Sequence record: ON528746
Strand: one strand, 5' to 3'
From: Shigella phage ESh36
Length of the DNA: 64,000 bases
Positions within the stretch are counted from its first letter, which is position 1. Every line of letters starts with the position of its first letter. The translations under genes were made by a program, and so were the position numbers. Shown piece by piece: positions 48,508-57,376 of the stretch. The notes beneath the pieces were generated by a model. That model was not told the origin of the DNA. It made no database searches and saw only the letters and a program-made list of their open reading frames with translations.

Positions 48508-48786
48508 TCAAAATGTAATTTCTAACCAATCACCATCACGCTGATCACTATTAACTTTAAAGCTGAATCCTTCTTTTCTCAGCCAATCACCAATTTCTTC
48601 AGTAATCAATTTATCGCGAGCAGTACAATAATAACTAAAATATGTTTTACCTTGTTCAGCTGCTTTATTAGCAAGTTCCGAAAAATCTTTAATAAAACAC
48701 TCTAGCTTAAACTGTTTACTTTTAAGTGCTTTTTCACGTAATTGATTAGCAAAAGATTCATTTTCATAAAAATCATACTGTTCCAT
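48508..48786 (-). CDS. hypothetical protein (T4 24.2 position)
   Basis: 92 aa ORF downstream of rnlB on the same strand. Confidence 0.5.
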   Translation of the reverse strand: MEQYDFYENESFANQLREKALKSKQFKLECFIKDFSELANKAAEQGKTYFSYYCTARDKLITEEIGDWLRKEGFSFKVNSDQRDGDWLEITF

Positions 48787-48988
48787 TTTTCACCTTTTTA
48801 TTAATATGTCTTTTTCTATAGACAACTTTTTCTCGAGTCTCAAATTTATTCTTAGCAGTCATAGCTCGAGCCCATAATACAGCCACTTCTTTTGCCTGTA
48901 AATTCAATTCACGAGCAATTTCAATGAATGACTTTCCAGACTCATGAAGAGTAAACACCACAACCTCAGTTCTCATAATCAATCTCAT
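48773..48988 (-). CDS. hypothetical small protein, possible HTH (T4 24.3 position)
   Basis: 71 aa; segment ESGKSFIEIARELNLQAKEV resembles a helix-turn-helix. Confidence 0.45.
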   Translation of the reverse strand: MRLIMRTEVVVFTLHESGKSFIEIARELNLQAKEVAVLWARAMTAKNKFETREKVVYRKRHINKKVKNGTV

Positions 48989-49057
48989 GTTATCGAGTTG
49001 GTGCCATTATATACATCATTTTCTGAGTGTGTTTTGTGTGCTTTCAAAATGAAGAAA

Positions 49058-49071
49058 GGGGCCGAAGCCCC
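49058..49071 (-). terminator. UUCG-tetraloop hairpin terminator after hoc
   Basis: Minus-strand GGGGC-UUCG-GCCCC followed by TTTCTTC. Confidence 0.5.
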
Positions 49072-49076
49072 TAAGA

Positions 49077-50783
49077 TTATGGATAGGTATAGATGATACC
49101 AGTTTCTAAAGCAGTTTTATGAATGATGTATCCATTACGCGATTCTTGGACATCAACTTCTGGATAGTCTTTCATCATCTTCTGAAGAGTGTAACGATGC
49201 AGGTAGTATTTACTATCTGGATCTTCAGTTTTCCAATCTTTACCTTCTTCAGTCATTTTTTGGATTTCATCCATAACCCACCAACCGCACCAGATATAAG
49301 CTGAAGTACGATGTGGAAGAGGATGAACATAAGGCAATTCACCTTCTGGTTCTGGAGCAACTTTATCAGTTACCTGAACTTGGCCTTCTGCTGTGATAGT
49401 TTTGCTATCATAATCAGTAGCGGTAACAGTTGCAGTAACTTCAATAGTTTGACTTCCAATAGATGATGTATCAACGGTGTATACATTAGTTGACCCTTCT
49501 ACAGGAGAAGAATCTTTCTTCCATGAGTATTCGATTTGTGCTTCTTCTGGAGCATCCGTAACATTAGCCGTAAATGTAGCCGAAGCATCTTGCTGAACGT
49601 TAATAGAAGGAGGAGTCAATGTAACCTGTGGATTCATTGTTTTCTTATTAACTGTCAATGATACTTCATTAGAAGTAACTTCCTTTTCATTGTAATTTTC
49701 TGCAGTTACTTGCGCTACACACTTAACTGTTTTAGCTCCAACTGTGGTAGGAGTATAGTTAAATGTAGTAGTAGTTTCTCCATCGACCAGAGAACCGTCA
49801 ACATACCACTGATACGTAGCAGACGCTCCTGGTGGCTGTGAAGCCAAGGCAGCAGTAAATTGAACTGGGGTTCCAATTACTCCGGCAGCAGGATTAGCAG
49901 GAGTTACGGCTAACGTAGTTGTCTGTGTCTTCTTATTAACTGTTAATGATACTTCATTAGAAGTAACTGTTTTTGCGTCATAATCTGTTGCTGTTACTTG
50001 CGCTACGCATTTAATTCTTTTTACTCCACTTGTAGTTGGAGTATAGCTAAATGTAGCAGAAGTCGCTTCACCAATTTGAGAATCATCTACATACCACTGA
50101 TACGTAGCAGATGCCCCATCAGGTTGAGAAGCTAAGGCAGCAGTAAATTCAACGGCTGTTCCAATCACTCCAGCTGGAGGACTATCAGGAGTTACTGCCA
50201 AGGTAGTCGTCTGCGTCTTTTTATTAACAGTCAGTGACACTTCATTAGAAGTAACGCTCAATGTATCGTAATCAGTCGCGGTTACTTGAGCTATACACTT
50301 GATTTTTTTAACTCCGCTTGTGGCAGGAGTGTAATTGAATGTAGCAGAAGTTGCTTCGTCTACAGGAGAACCGTCAACGTGCCATTGATACGTAGCGTTT
50401 GCACCTGATGGCTGTGAAGCTAAGGCAGCGGTAAATTCAATTGGAGTTCCAATCACTCCAGCATCAGGGCTACCAGGAGTTACAGCTAAAGTAGTTGTTT
50501 GTGTCTTATTTTGAACTGTGATAGTTGTACTAATTTCTGCTGTTTCAGGTTCAGATTCTGCAACTTGATTGGTTGCAACTACTTTAATAGTCTTTTGACC
50601 GGCAGGTCCTTTTAGTACATAACTAAAAGTTGCTGACGTTTCTTCCTGTGGAGCGTCGTCTACAGTCCAAGCATATGTAATAGGTCCATCTCCAGTTTGA
50701 CCACTGGGTGTAGCAGTAAACTGCTGAGTCTGATCTATAACTCCAGTAGGTGTTTTAGGAGTTATATCAACTGTAAAAGCCAT
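49077..50783 (-). CDS. hoc: highly immunogenic outer capsid protein Hoc with five Ig-like domains
   Basis: 568 aa; four N-terminal ~96-aa Ig-like repeats plus a fifth divergent one, then a C-terminal capsid-binding region (LPYVHPLPHRTSAYIWCGWWV...). Confidence 0.85.
   Translation of the reverse strand: MAFTVDITPKTPTGVIDQTQQFTATPSGQTGDGPITYAWTVDDAPQEETSATFSYVLKGPAGQKTIKVVATNQVAESEPETAEISTTITVQNKTQTTTLAVTPGSPDAGVIGTPIEFTAALASQPSGANATYQWHVDGSPVDEATSATFNYTPATSGVKKIKCIAQVTATDYDTLSVTSNEVSLTVNKKTQTTTLAVTPDSPPAGVIGTAVEFTAALASQPDGASATYQWYVDDSQIGEATSATFSYTPTTSGVKRIKCVAQVTATDYDAKTVTSNEVSLTVNKKTQTTTLAVTPANPAAGVIGTPVQFTAALASQPPGASATYQWYVDGSLVDGETTTTFNYTPTTVGAKTVKCVAQVTAENYNEKEVTSNEVSLTVNKKTMNPQVTLTPPSINVQQDASATFTANVTDAPEEAQIEYSWKKDSSPVEGSTNVYTVDTSSIGSQTIEVTATVTATDYDSKTITAEGQVQVTDKVAPEPEGELPYVHPLPHRTSAYIWCGWWVMDEIQKMTEEGKDWKTEDPDSKYYLHRYTLQKMMKDYPEVDVQESRNGYIIHKTALETGIIYTYP
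49635..50498 (-). repeat. three tandem ~288-bp near-identical direct repeats inside hoc
   Basis: Repeats each encode TTTLAVTP..PAGVIGT..EFTAALASQP..ATYQW.VDGS..ATSATF.YTP.TSGVK.IKC.AQVTATDYD..VTSNEVSLTVNKKTQ. Confidence 0.8.
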
Positions 50784-50792
50784 AAGTTATCC

Positions 50793-51473
50793 TTATTTTA
50801 ATGTTACGAAAGAAGAATTACGTGTTTCACGAATTAGAACTGATCCGTCGCGATTAATGTAATAAATTAAGCTAAATAAAGTTTGGTGTGCAGACGCATG
50901 TTCAAAACTAGTTGGGTGAGATTTCCAATCTGGAGTTTCAGCAATCCATTGGTAAATCCACCAAGGAACAGTGCAGAATCCTGGATTTTTTCCAATCAGC
51001 TGAAGATTTGGGCTAAAGTTTTCCGGAAGAGTAAATACGGACGGCTTTTCAGATTCAATAATCTCAGCTACAGCCTGCTCGAATTTTTCTTCAACAAAAG
51101 GAGTATCTTCAATCAAAACATCGGTATTTTCAGGAATTTTATCCGTTTCTACTACTTCAATTTTAATGTCAGATTTAACCGGAGAATCAATCAGAAGTGC
51201 TGCCTCTGGATTGACTTCTTCATCGTCATATTTTAATCCGTCTGCAGCATCAGCAGCATCAATTAAGTCTTTAATAGATAACCCATCAGTCTCTGGCATA
51301 GGTTCACTAGCGAGCTTCTGGAGGGCTTCTTCAATATCATTAACGATATTATCAAAAGATTTATTCTTTTTGACTTTTATACCAAACTGTTCAGCATATT
51401 CAGCTAATTTAGCTTTAGCTTCTTTATTATCATCAAGAGCCTTCAGCTCTGCAATATAATCTTTATCTATCAT
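50793..51473 (-). CDS. inh: inhibitor of prohead protease
   Basis: 226 aa, position between hoc and segD as in T4; assignment by length and synteny. Confidence 0.7.
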   Translation of the reverse strand: MIDKDYIAELKALDDNKEAKAKLAEYAEQFGIKVKKNKSFDNIVNDIEEALQKLASEPMPETDGLSIKDLIDAADAADGLKYDDEEVNPEAALLIDSPVKSDIKIEVVETDKIPENTDVLIEDTPFVEEKFEQAVAEIIESEKPSVFTLPENFSPNLQLIGKNPGFCTVPWWIYQWIAETPDWKSHPTSFEHASAHQTLFSLIYYINRDGSVLIRETRNSSFVTLK

Positions 51474-51486
51474 AATATTTCCTCAG

Positions 51487-51494
51487 TATAAATA
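51487..51494 (+). promoter_or_regulatory. late promoter (TATAAATA) upstream of the segD-like gene
   Basis: Exact TATAAATA 29 nt upstream of the ATG. Confidence 0.45.
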
Positions 51495-51522
51495 TAGATA
51501 TATTTATTACTCGGAAAATAGT

Positions 51523-52140
51523 ATGTACCACTTTGTATATGAAACAACAAATCTAATAAATGGTAAAAAGTATATAGGAAAGCACTCTACTGACGACCTG
51601 AATGATGGCTACCTTGGTTCCGGTAAGGCAATTCAGCAGGCTATAAAGAAATATGGTGAAAACAATTTCTCTAGAAAAATACTAAAAGAGTTTAAAACTT
51701 CCGAAGAAGCGTACATGTATGAAGAAGAAATTATAACTCCTGAACTGATAAAAAGCAAAAATTATTATAATATGAAACCTGGTGGAATTGGTGGAATTGT
51801 TATGACTACAGAGGTTATAGCAAAGATGAAAGAATCTTCCGCTAAGAGATTTGAAAACTCACCGGGCACGGTATTAGGTACAACTTGTTACACTAATGGA
51901 ACTAAAAATATTTTTATTAAGCCTGGAGAACTTGTTCCAGAAGGATTTGTAAAAGGGATGGTTCATCCTAATAGAAAGTCCAGAAAAGGATGTAAAGTCA
52001 AACCGACTACAACAGGAACTTTTTGGGTCAATAATGGCGCAATAAATAAATTAATACAACCAGACGGTATTATTCCCGACGGATTTATTAAAGGTCGTCT
52101 CATGAAAAGAGATTCTAAAGGCAAATTTAGTAAGGCATAA
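51523..52140 (+). CDS. segD: GIY-YIG homing endonuclease (SegD-like)
   Basis: 205 aa; N-terminal GIY-YIG module YHFVYETTNLINGKKYIGKHS; between inh and uvsW as T4 segD is. Confidence 0.75.
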   Translation: MYHFVYETTNLINGKKYIGKHSTDDLNDGYLGSGKAIQQAIKKYGENNFSRKILKEFKTSEEAYMYEEEIITPELIKSKNYYNMKPGGIGGIVMTTEVIAKMKESSAKRFENSPGTVLGTTCYTNGTKNIFIKPGELVPEGFVKGMVHPNRKSRKGCKVKPTTTGTFWVNNGAINKLIQPDGIIPDGFIKGRLMKRDSKGKFSKA

Positions 52141-52142
52141 TT

Positions 52143-53651
52143 ATGGATATTAAAGTACATTTTCACGACTTCAGTCATGTACGCATCGATTGTGAAGAGA
52201 GCACGTTCCACGAATTAAGAGATTTCTTTTCGTTTGAGGCCGATGGATATAGGTTTAATCCTCGCTTCAGATATGGCAACTGGGATGGACGAATCCGTCT
52301 TTTAGATTATAATCGCCTTCTTCCATTCGGCTTAGTTGGGCAAATTAAAAAGTTCTGTAATAACTTTGGCTATAAAGCCTGGATTGACCCGCAAATTAAC
52401 GAAAAAGAAGAATTATCAAGAAAAGATTTTGATGAATGGCTTTCTAAATTAGAAATCTATTCAGGAAATAAAAGAATTGAACCACACTGGTATCAAAAAG
52501 ATGCAGTGTTCGAAGGATTAGTTAATCGTCGTAGAATTCTTAATCTTCCAACATCTGCAGGTAAATCTTTAATTCAAGCTTTGCTTGCTCGATATTATTT
52601 GGAAAATTATGAAGGTAAAATTCTTATCATTGTTCCAACAACTGCTCTGACAACTCAGATGGCTGATGACTTTGTTGACTATCGTTTATTCAGTCATGCA
52701 ATGATAAAGAAAATTGGCGGTGGAGCATCAAAAGATGATAAATATAAAAATGATGCACCAGTCGTTGTTGGTACATGGCAAACTGTAGTAAAACAACCAA
52801 AAGAATGGTTCTCACAGTTTGGAATGATGATGAATGATGAATGCCATCTTGCTACAGGAAAAAGTATTTCATCTATCATATCAGGTTTAAATAACTGCAT
52901 GTTTAAATTTGGTCTATCTGGTTCATTACGTGATGGCAAAGCCAATATCATGCAGTATGTTGGAATGTTTGGTGAAATATTTAAGCCAGTAACGACCTCT
53001 AAATTAATGGAAGATGGACAAGTAACTGAGCTAAAAATTAATAGTATTTTTCTTCGCTATCCCGATGAGTTCACTACTAAATTAAAGGGAAAAACTTACC
53101 AAGAAGAAATAAAAATTATTACTGGGCTCAGTAAAAGAAATAAATGGATCGCTAAATTAGCTATTAAGCTTGCACAAAAAGATGAAAACGCTTTTGTCAT
53201 GTTTAAACATGTGTCACATGGTAAAGCTATTTTCGATTTAATTAAAAATGAATACGATAAAGTTTATTACGTATCAGGGGAAGTTGATACCGAAACCCGC
53301 AATATAATGAAAACCTTAGCTGAAAATGGCAAAGGAATAATTATAGTAGCTAGTTATGGTGTATTTTCTACTGGTATTTCAGTTAAAAATCTGCACCACG
53401 TTGTTTTAGCACACGGTGTTAAATCAAAAATCATTGTATTACAAACAATCGGTCGTGTATTACGTAAGCATGGTTCTAAGACAATCGCAACAGTCTGGGA
53501 CCTCATAGATGACGCGGGCGTAGTTTCTAAATCAAAAACATCTTCTAAAAAATACTCGCATTTAAACTATCTTTTAAAACATGGACTTGATCGTATTCAG
53601 CGTTATGCTGATGAAAAGTTTAATTATGTGATGAAAGAGGTTAAACTTTGA
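52143..53651 (+). CDS. uvsW: UvsW RNA-DNA and DNA-DNA helicase
   Basis: 502 aa MDIKVHFHDFSHVRIDCEESTFHELRDFFSFEADGYRF; SF2 helicase motifs (PTSAGKS, DECH). Confidence 0.95.
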   Translation: MDIKVHFHDFSHVRIDCEESTFHELRDFFSFEADGYRFNPRFRYGNWDGRIRLLDYNRLLPFGLVGQIKKFCNNFGYKAWIDPQINEKEELSRKDFDEWLSKLEIYSGNKRIEPHWYQKDAVFEGLVNRRRILNLPTSAGKSLIQALLARYYLENYEGKILIIVPTTALTTQMADDFVDYRLFSHAMIKKIGGGASKDDKYKNDAPVVVGTWQTVVKQPKEWFSQFGMMMNDECHLATGKSISSIISGLNNCMFKFGLSGSLRDGKANIMQYVGMFGEIFKPVTTSKLMEDGQVTELKINSIFLRYPDEFTTKLKGKTYQEEIKIITGLSKRNKWIAKLAIKLAQKDENAFVMFKHVSHGKAIFDLIKNEYDKVYYVSGEVDTETRNIMKTLAENGKGIIIVASYGVFSTGISVKNLHHVVLAHGVKSKIIVLQTIGRVLRKHGSKTIATVWDLIDDAGVVSKSKTSSKKYSHLNYLLKHGLDRIQRYADEKFNYVMKEVKL

Positions 53652-54340
53652 ATTATAAATTAATATATGATAATTTAATTAATAGAGCCCAGAATCGGGC
53701 TCGCCTTAATGGATACACTGAAACGCATCATATAATTCCTAGATGTATGGGTGGTACAAATGATAAGTGTAATTTAGTAGAACTAACGGCTGAAGAACAT
53801 TTTATAGCCCATAAACTTTTAGCTAAAATTCATCCAAACCATTACGGTATAATTAAAGCCGTTATATGTATGGGAATGAACTCAAAGACTCATGAAAGAC
53901 ACGTTAATAAATCTTACGCATGGGAACGTCGTAAAATGGCAGAACTTCAATCCGGTGAAGGTAATCCATTTTACGGAAAACACCATACGGAAGAACATAA
54001 ACAATATATGTCAAAACTCATGAAAAGTCGTCCAATTACATGGGGAAATAAAATTAGTAAAACTAAAAGAATGAACCCAACGAAATGGACCGAAGAAGCT
54101 AAAAGATTACATTCAATCAATCAATCGGGTAAAAATAACGGCATGTATGGAAGGAAACATTCCGCTAAATCTATTCAGAAAATTAAAGATAACATGCCAG
54201 ATAATTCAGGAGCTAATAACCCAGCTGCTAAACCTATAGAAGTAAATGGTGTTAAGTATAAATGTATGAAAGACGCTTCTAAAGCTACTGGATTATCAAT
54301 GTACAAACTAAGAATACTTAGAAAAACAGTTAATTTATAA
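53648..54340 (+). CDS. free-standing HNH homing endonuclease with NUMOD3-like repeats (TTG start)
   Basis: 230 aa; HNH core YTETHHIIPRCMGGTNDKCNLVELTAEEHFIAHKLL paralogous to the 33327 HNH; C-terminal NPFYGKHHTEEHK and NNGMYGRKHSAKSIQK repeats. No in-frame ATG near the N-terminus; TTG overlaps the uvsW stop 7 nt after AAAGAGG. Confidence 0.7.
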   Translation: MNYKLIYDNLINRAQNRARLNGYTETHHIIPRCMGGTNDKCNLVELTAEEHFIAHKLLAKIHPNHYGIIKAVICMGMNSKTHERHVNKSYAWERRKMAELQSGEGNPFYGKHHTEEHKQYMSKLMKSRPITWGNKISKTKRMNPTKWTEEAKRLHSINQSGKNNGMYGRKHSAKSIQKIKDNMPDNSGANNPAAKPIEVNGVKYKCMKDASKATGLSMYKLRILRKTVNL

Positions 54341-54356
54341 GGGCTTCGGCCCTTTG
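54341..54356 (+). terminator. UUCG-tetraloop hairpin after the HNH gene
   Basis: GGGC-TTCG-GCCC followed by TTT, immediately before uvsW.1. Confidence 0.4.
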
Positions 54357-54365
54357 GAGAAAAAG

Positions 54366-54596
54366 ATGTTACTAGGATTTAAACAATTTCTTTATGAAGC
54401 TTCTATTGATGAATTTATGGGTAAAATTGCCTCTTGTCAAACATTAGAAGGTTTAGAAGAACTTGAAGCTTATTATAAGAAAAGAGTTAAAGAAACTGAA
54501 TTAAAAGATACTGATGACATCTCTGTGAGAGATGCTTTGGCAGGAAAAAGAGCTGAATTAGAAGATTCAGACGATGAAGTAGAAGAAAGTTTTTAA
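54366..54596 (+). CDS. uvsW.1: UvsW.1
   Basis: Track start is TTG; ATG at 54366 gives 76 aa MLLGFKQFLYEASIDEFMGKIASCQTLEGLEELEAYYKK, matching T4 UvsW.1. Confidence 0.8.
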   Translation: MLLGFKQFLYEASIDEFMGKIASCQTLEGLEELEAYYKKRVKETELKDTDDISVRDALAGKRAELEDSDDEVEESF

Positions 54597-54628
54597 ATTA
54601 AAAAAGGCCCAACCAAAAAGGAAGGGCC
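54597..54628 (-). terminator. rho-independent terminator closing the minus-strand uvsY operon
   Basis: Minus-strand hairpin GGCCC-TTCCTTTTTGGTT-GGGCC followed by TTTTTTAA. Confidence 0.5.
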
Positions 54629-54651
54629 AAAACTATAGACTAAAGGTCACA

Positions 54652-54819
54652 CTATAGCAAAAGTTGTGTTTCATTTAATTGTTCTTCCGAACTTTCTGAA
54701 ACTGGTAGTTCTTTAATGTAATTATAACAAGGCCCAGGATGTACAGGACCTTTGTCTGTTTCAACAACCAATGCAGAATCGATTGGAGTTTTACAGACAA
54801 CGCAAATCTTATCTGACAT
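54652..54819 (-). CDS. small Cys-containing protein (about 55 aa; T4 uvsY.-2 position)
   Basis: Hand-translated ORF below the track's 60-aa cutoff: MSDKICVVCKTPIDSALVVETDKGPVHPGPCYNY...; CxxC...C pattern. Confidence 0.4.
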   Translation of the reverse strand: MSDKICVVCKTPIDSALVVETDKGPVHPGPCYNYIKELPVSESSEEQLNETQLLL

Positions 54820-54847
54820 GATTGTCTCCTCTAAATTATATATCTAT

Positions 54848-55072
54848 TTATATAACTCTCATATGCATATCAATGCCCATATCTTTGGAATAAAAATATT
54901 CATCAAGATATCCGGCAAATTTTCCTTTAATATAAAGTACATCTTCACCGCATGGGTGGTCGGCCAGGATACGAATATCCTGACGCTTGAGATTATACTT
55001 TTTCATTAAGAATTGAATTTCCGTTTCAAATTCTTCTTCATAATTAAAAGCATCATCAATGCTATATCTCAT
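54848..55072 (-). CDS. hypothetical protein (T4 uvsY.-1 position)
   Basis: 74 aa ORF whose start overlaps the uvsY stop. Confidence 0.6.
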   Translation of the reverse strand: MRYSIDDAFNYEEEFETEIQFLMKKYNLKRQDIRILADHPCGEDVLYIKGKFAGYLDEYFYSKDMGIDMHMRVI

Positions 55073-55485
55073 TATTTTCCAGCCTCAAATGCTCGCATGT
55101 CTTGAATATGCTTAATAGCAAATCCTCGTGATTTGATAGCATCAAGAGCTCCGCTACAGAAATCTAATAAAATTCCCCAATATTGTAATGAAGTATCAAC
55201 CTTTAAAACATCCTTATCAGCTGATAGAACTGTCTTCATTTCTGATTTCTCGTAACGATCCATACTAAATTCATCACCATCTCCTCGTCCCGAGTAGTAG
55301 TCTAATCTAGCTTTAAGAGCAACTTTTTTCTGTGCATCAATTCTAAGCATTTCCTTTTTAATACTTGAATGCTTATTAAGCCATTTACTATATAACATCA
55401 CATTATTAGCTGCTTCATACTGTAATTTAGTCGAATCTATAAACACATCTTTCTTCAATTCTTCTTGAAGATCTTCTAATTTCAT
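55072..55485 (-). CDS. uvsY: UvsY recombination mediator
   Basis: 137 aa MKLEDLQEELKKDVFIDSTKLQYEAANNVMLYSKWLNKHSSIKKEMLRI, near-identical to T4 UvsY. Confidence 0.95.
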   Translation of the reverse strand: MKLEDLQEELKKDVFIDSTKLQYEAANNVMLYSKWLNKHSSIKKEMLRIDAQKKVALKARLDYYSGRGDGDEFSMDRYEKSEMKTVLSADKDVLKVDTSLQYWGILLDFCSGALDAIKSRGFAIKHIQDMRAFEAGK

Positions 55486-55525
55486 ATTGTTCTCTATTCA
55501 ATTGTTATTGGATGGACTTAGATTC

Positions 55526-55553
55526 ATTATACCACGTTTTAACGTGAAGCATT
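55526..55553 (-). promoter_or_regulatory. MotA-dependent middle promoter for uvsY
   Basis: Minus-strand AATGCTTCA (MotA box), 13-nt spacer, TATAAT -10; overlaps the end of gene 25. Confidence 0.55.
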
Positions 55554-55950
55554 ATACCCTATTACTCGAAGCCAGTTGCAGTTTCATCTGCTCAATATCA
55601 TCAGGGTTATCGATGACCGAAAAGCGTATTTCTACTATTAGAGTATAATCATCATAAACTGGTATTACATTAACTGCTAATTTATCAATACGTGGCTCGT
55701 AGTTTCTTACTGCGCTTTCAATGTTACGCTCAACAGTATCAGCAGTAAGAGGAGTCATATTCTCAAAAAGCTGATCAGATAAATCGCATCCAAATTCTGG
55801 GTCAAATGGCCTTGACCCTTTCCTGGTTGTAATAATTCCTAAAAGGCTATTTTTAATTGACCTTAATCCAAGAGATCTTGAAACATCTTTGTCCCAATCC
55901 ATTTTCATTTCTGGGTCAATGTCAGAATAAAGCTTATTAATATTTGCCAT
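55552..55950 (-). CDS. 25: baseplate wedge protein gp25
   Basis: 132 aa [55 protein letters not shown]4 gp25. Confidence 0.95.
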   Translation of the reverse strand: MANINKLYSDIDPEMKMDWDKDVSRSLGLRSIKNSLLGIITTRKGSRPFDPEFGCDLSDQLFENMTPLTADTVERNIESAVRNYEPRIDKLAVNVIPVYDDYTLIVEIRFSVIDNPDDIEQMKLQLASSNRV

Positions 55951-56576
55951 TACAATAGCTCAAAGAATTCTTTGAGTCCTCTTATTACATGAGCGTGAGT
56001 TTTTCCACACTCTGGACACTTAATTGGAACAGCCAAATAAACAGTAGGCTTTAAAAGCATATCTTTTATAGCTACAATATCTGACTCTGTGATGATAGAA
56101 TATAAATCTTCCAGTTCTTTTTCATTTAAGTCTTCAACTGGAATGCTTTCACCGTTAGCATGAATCGTTTCTATACATGATACTATCATGTGGGCTATAT
56201 TTTTATCATCAAAAATTTTAGGGTAATGGAACTTAATTTTAATGCCACCCAGTGTATACCAGAGGTCTTCTGGTGCATCTATTTGTGTATGTAATAGATT
56301 TATATGGGTTGGTATTTCAGTTTCACAGGTGCACTTCCAGGAGTTTTCATGATTAACTTCTCCAAGAGAATGCGCCCATAAATGAATCAGCAGTAGTTCT
56401 GATTCTTGGCGGTTTAAATCTTTTGCATTTGTGCAGTCTTTAATTAGCTTTTTAACGATCTCTTCTACTGAACCGTTCTTTTTAGCAGTAATAAGCTCTA
56501 GATATTCTTTAAGAGTAAATGCGCGACAGTTGATTATTTTAGAACCAACTCTCACATCAAATTTGTATTCATACAT
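55950..56576 (-). CDS. 26: baseplate hub protein gp26
   Basis: 208 aa, T4 gp26 length and position. Confidence 0.9.
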   Translation of the reverse strand: MYEYKFDVRVGSKIINCRAFTLKEYLELITAKKNGSVEEIVKKLIKDCTNAKDLNRQESELLLIHLWAHSLGEVNHENSWKCTCETEIPTHINLLHTQIDAPEDLWYTLGGIKIKFHYPKIFDDKNIAHMIVSCIETIHANGESIPVEDLNEKELEDLYSIITESDIVAIKDMLLKPTVYLAVPIKCPECGKTHAHVIRGLKEFFELL

Positions 56577-56597
56577 ATTTAGCTCCTTTATTTATCA

Positions 56598-56605
56598 TAT
56601 TTATA
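56598..56605 (-). promoter_or_regulatory. late promoter (TATAAATA on minus strand) for genes 26/25
   Basis: TATTTATA on plus strand in the 26/51 divergent intergenic region. Confidence 0.5.
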
Positions 56606-56609
56606 AATA
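56602..56609 (+). promoter_or_regulatory. late promoter (TATAAATA) for gene 51
   Basis: Exact TATAAATA 18 nt upstream of the gene 51 ATG, overlapping the divergent minus-strand promoter by 4 nt. Confidence 0.5.
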
Positions 56610-56626
56610 GAATAAAAGGAGCATCT

Positions 56627-57376
56627 ATGGCAAACATTATTCGTTGTAAATTACCAGATGGTGTTCATCGTTTTAAACCATTTACGGTAGAAGATTATCG
56701 AGATTTTTTGTTAGTTCGAAACGATATAGAACATCGGTCACCACAAGAACAAAAAGAAATAATTGCTGATTTAATTGCTGATTATTTTGGAGACTATCCG
56801 AAGACTTGGCAACCATTTATATTTTTACAGGTATTTGTAGGGTCAATAGGCAAAACTAAAGTACCGGTCACATTTGTATGCCCAAAATGTAAAAAAGAAA
56901 AGACAGTTCCATTTGAAATATATCAAAAAGAATTAAAGGAACCTATTTTTGACGTAGCTAATGTTAGAATTAAATTAAATTTTCCTTCTGAGTTTTATGA
57001 AAATAAAGCAAAGATGATTACTGAAAATATTCATTCTGTTCAAGTAGATGAAATATGGTATGATTGGAAGGAAATTAGTGAATCAAGTCAAATAGAACTT
57101 GTTGACGCCATTGAGATAGAAACATTAGAAAAAATTCTCGATGCAATGAATCCTATTAATTTAACACTGCATATGTCGTGTTGTAATAAGTATGTAAAAA
57201 AATACACTGATATAGTAGATGTGTTTAAGCTATTAGTTAACCCAGATGAAATATTTACTTTTTATCAAATTAATCACACACTTGTAAAAAGTAATTATAG
57301 CTTAAATTCAATAATGAAAATGATTCCTGCTGAGCGCGGATTCGTATTAAAACTGATTGAGAAGGATAAACAATAA
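56627..57376 (+). CDS. 51: baseplate hub assembly protein gp51
   Basis: 249 aa, T4 gp51 length and position. Confidence 0.9.
   Translation: MANIIRCKLPDGVHRFKPFTVEDYRDFLLVRNDIEHRSPQEQKEIIADLIADYFGDYPKTWQPFIFLQVFVGSIGKTKVPVTFVCPKCKKEKTVPFEIYQKELKEPIFDVANVRIKLNFPSEFYENKAKMITENIHSVQVDEIWYDWKEISESSQIELVDAIEIETLEKILDAMNPINLTLHMSCCNKYVKKYTDIVDVFKLLVNPDEIFTFYQINHTLVKSNYSLNSIMKMIPAERGFVLKLIEKDKQ

Noticed and set aside
49635-50498. Tandem repeats in hoc as a possible CRISPR array or mobile repeat
   Set aside because: Repeats are about 288 bp, contiguous without spacers, in frame and encode Ig-like domains; not CRISPR-like.
52143-54596. uvsW, HNH and uvsW.1 as a frameshifted single long helicase gene
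   Set aside because: uvsW ends at a clean stop with the T4-like 502-aa length, uvsW.1 has its own ATG and Shine-Dalgarno giving the T4-like 76-aa product, and the intervening ORF has HNH motifs rather than helicase sequence.
54752-55009. 85-aa plus-strand ORF opposite the small uvsY-proximal genes
   Set aside because: Low-complexity, isoleucine-rich translation antisense to the uvsY.-1/uvsY.-2 position ORFs; no RBS; the minus-strand genes match T4 synteny.
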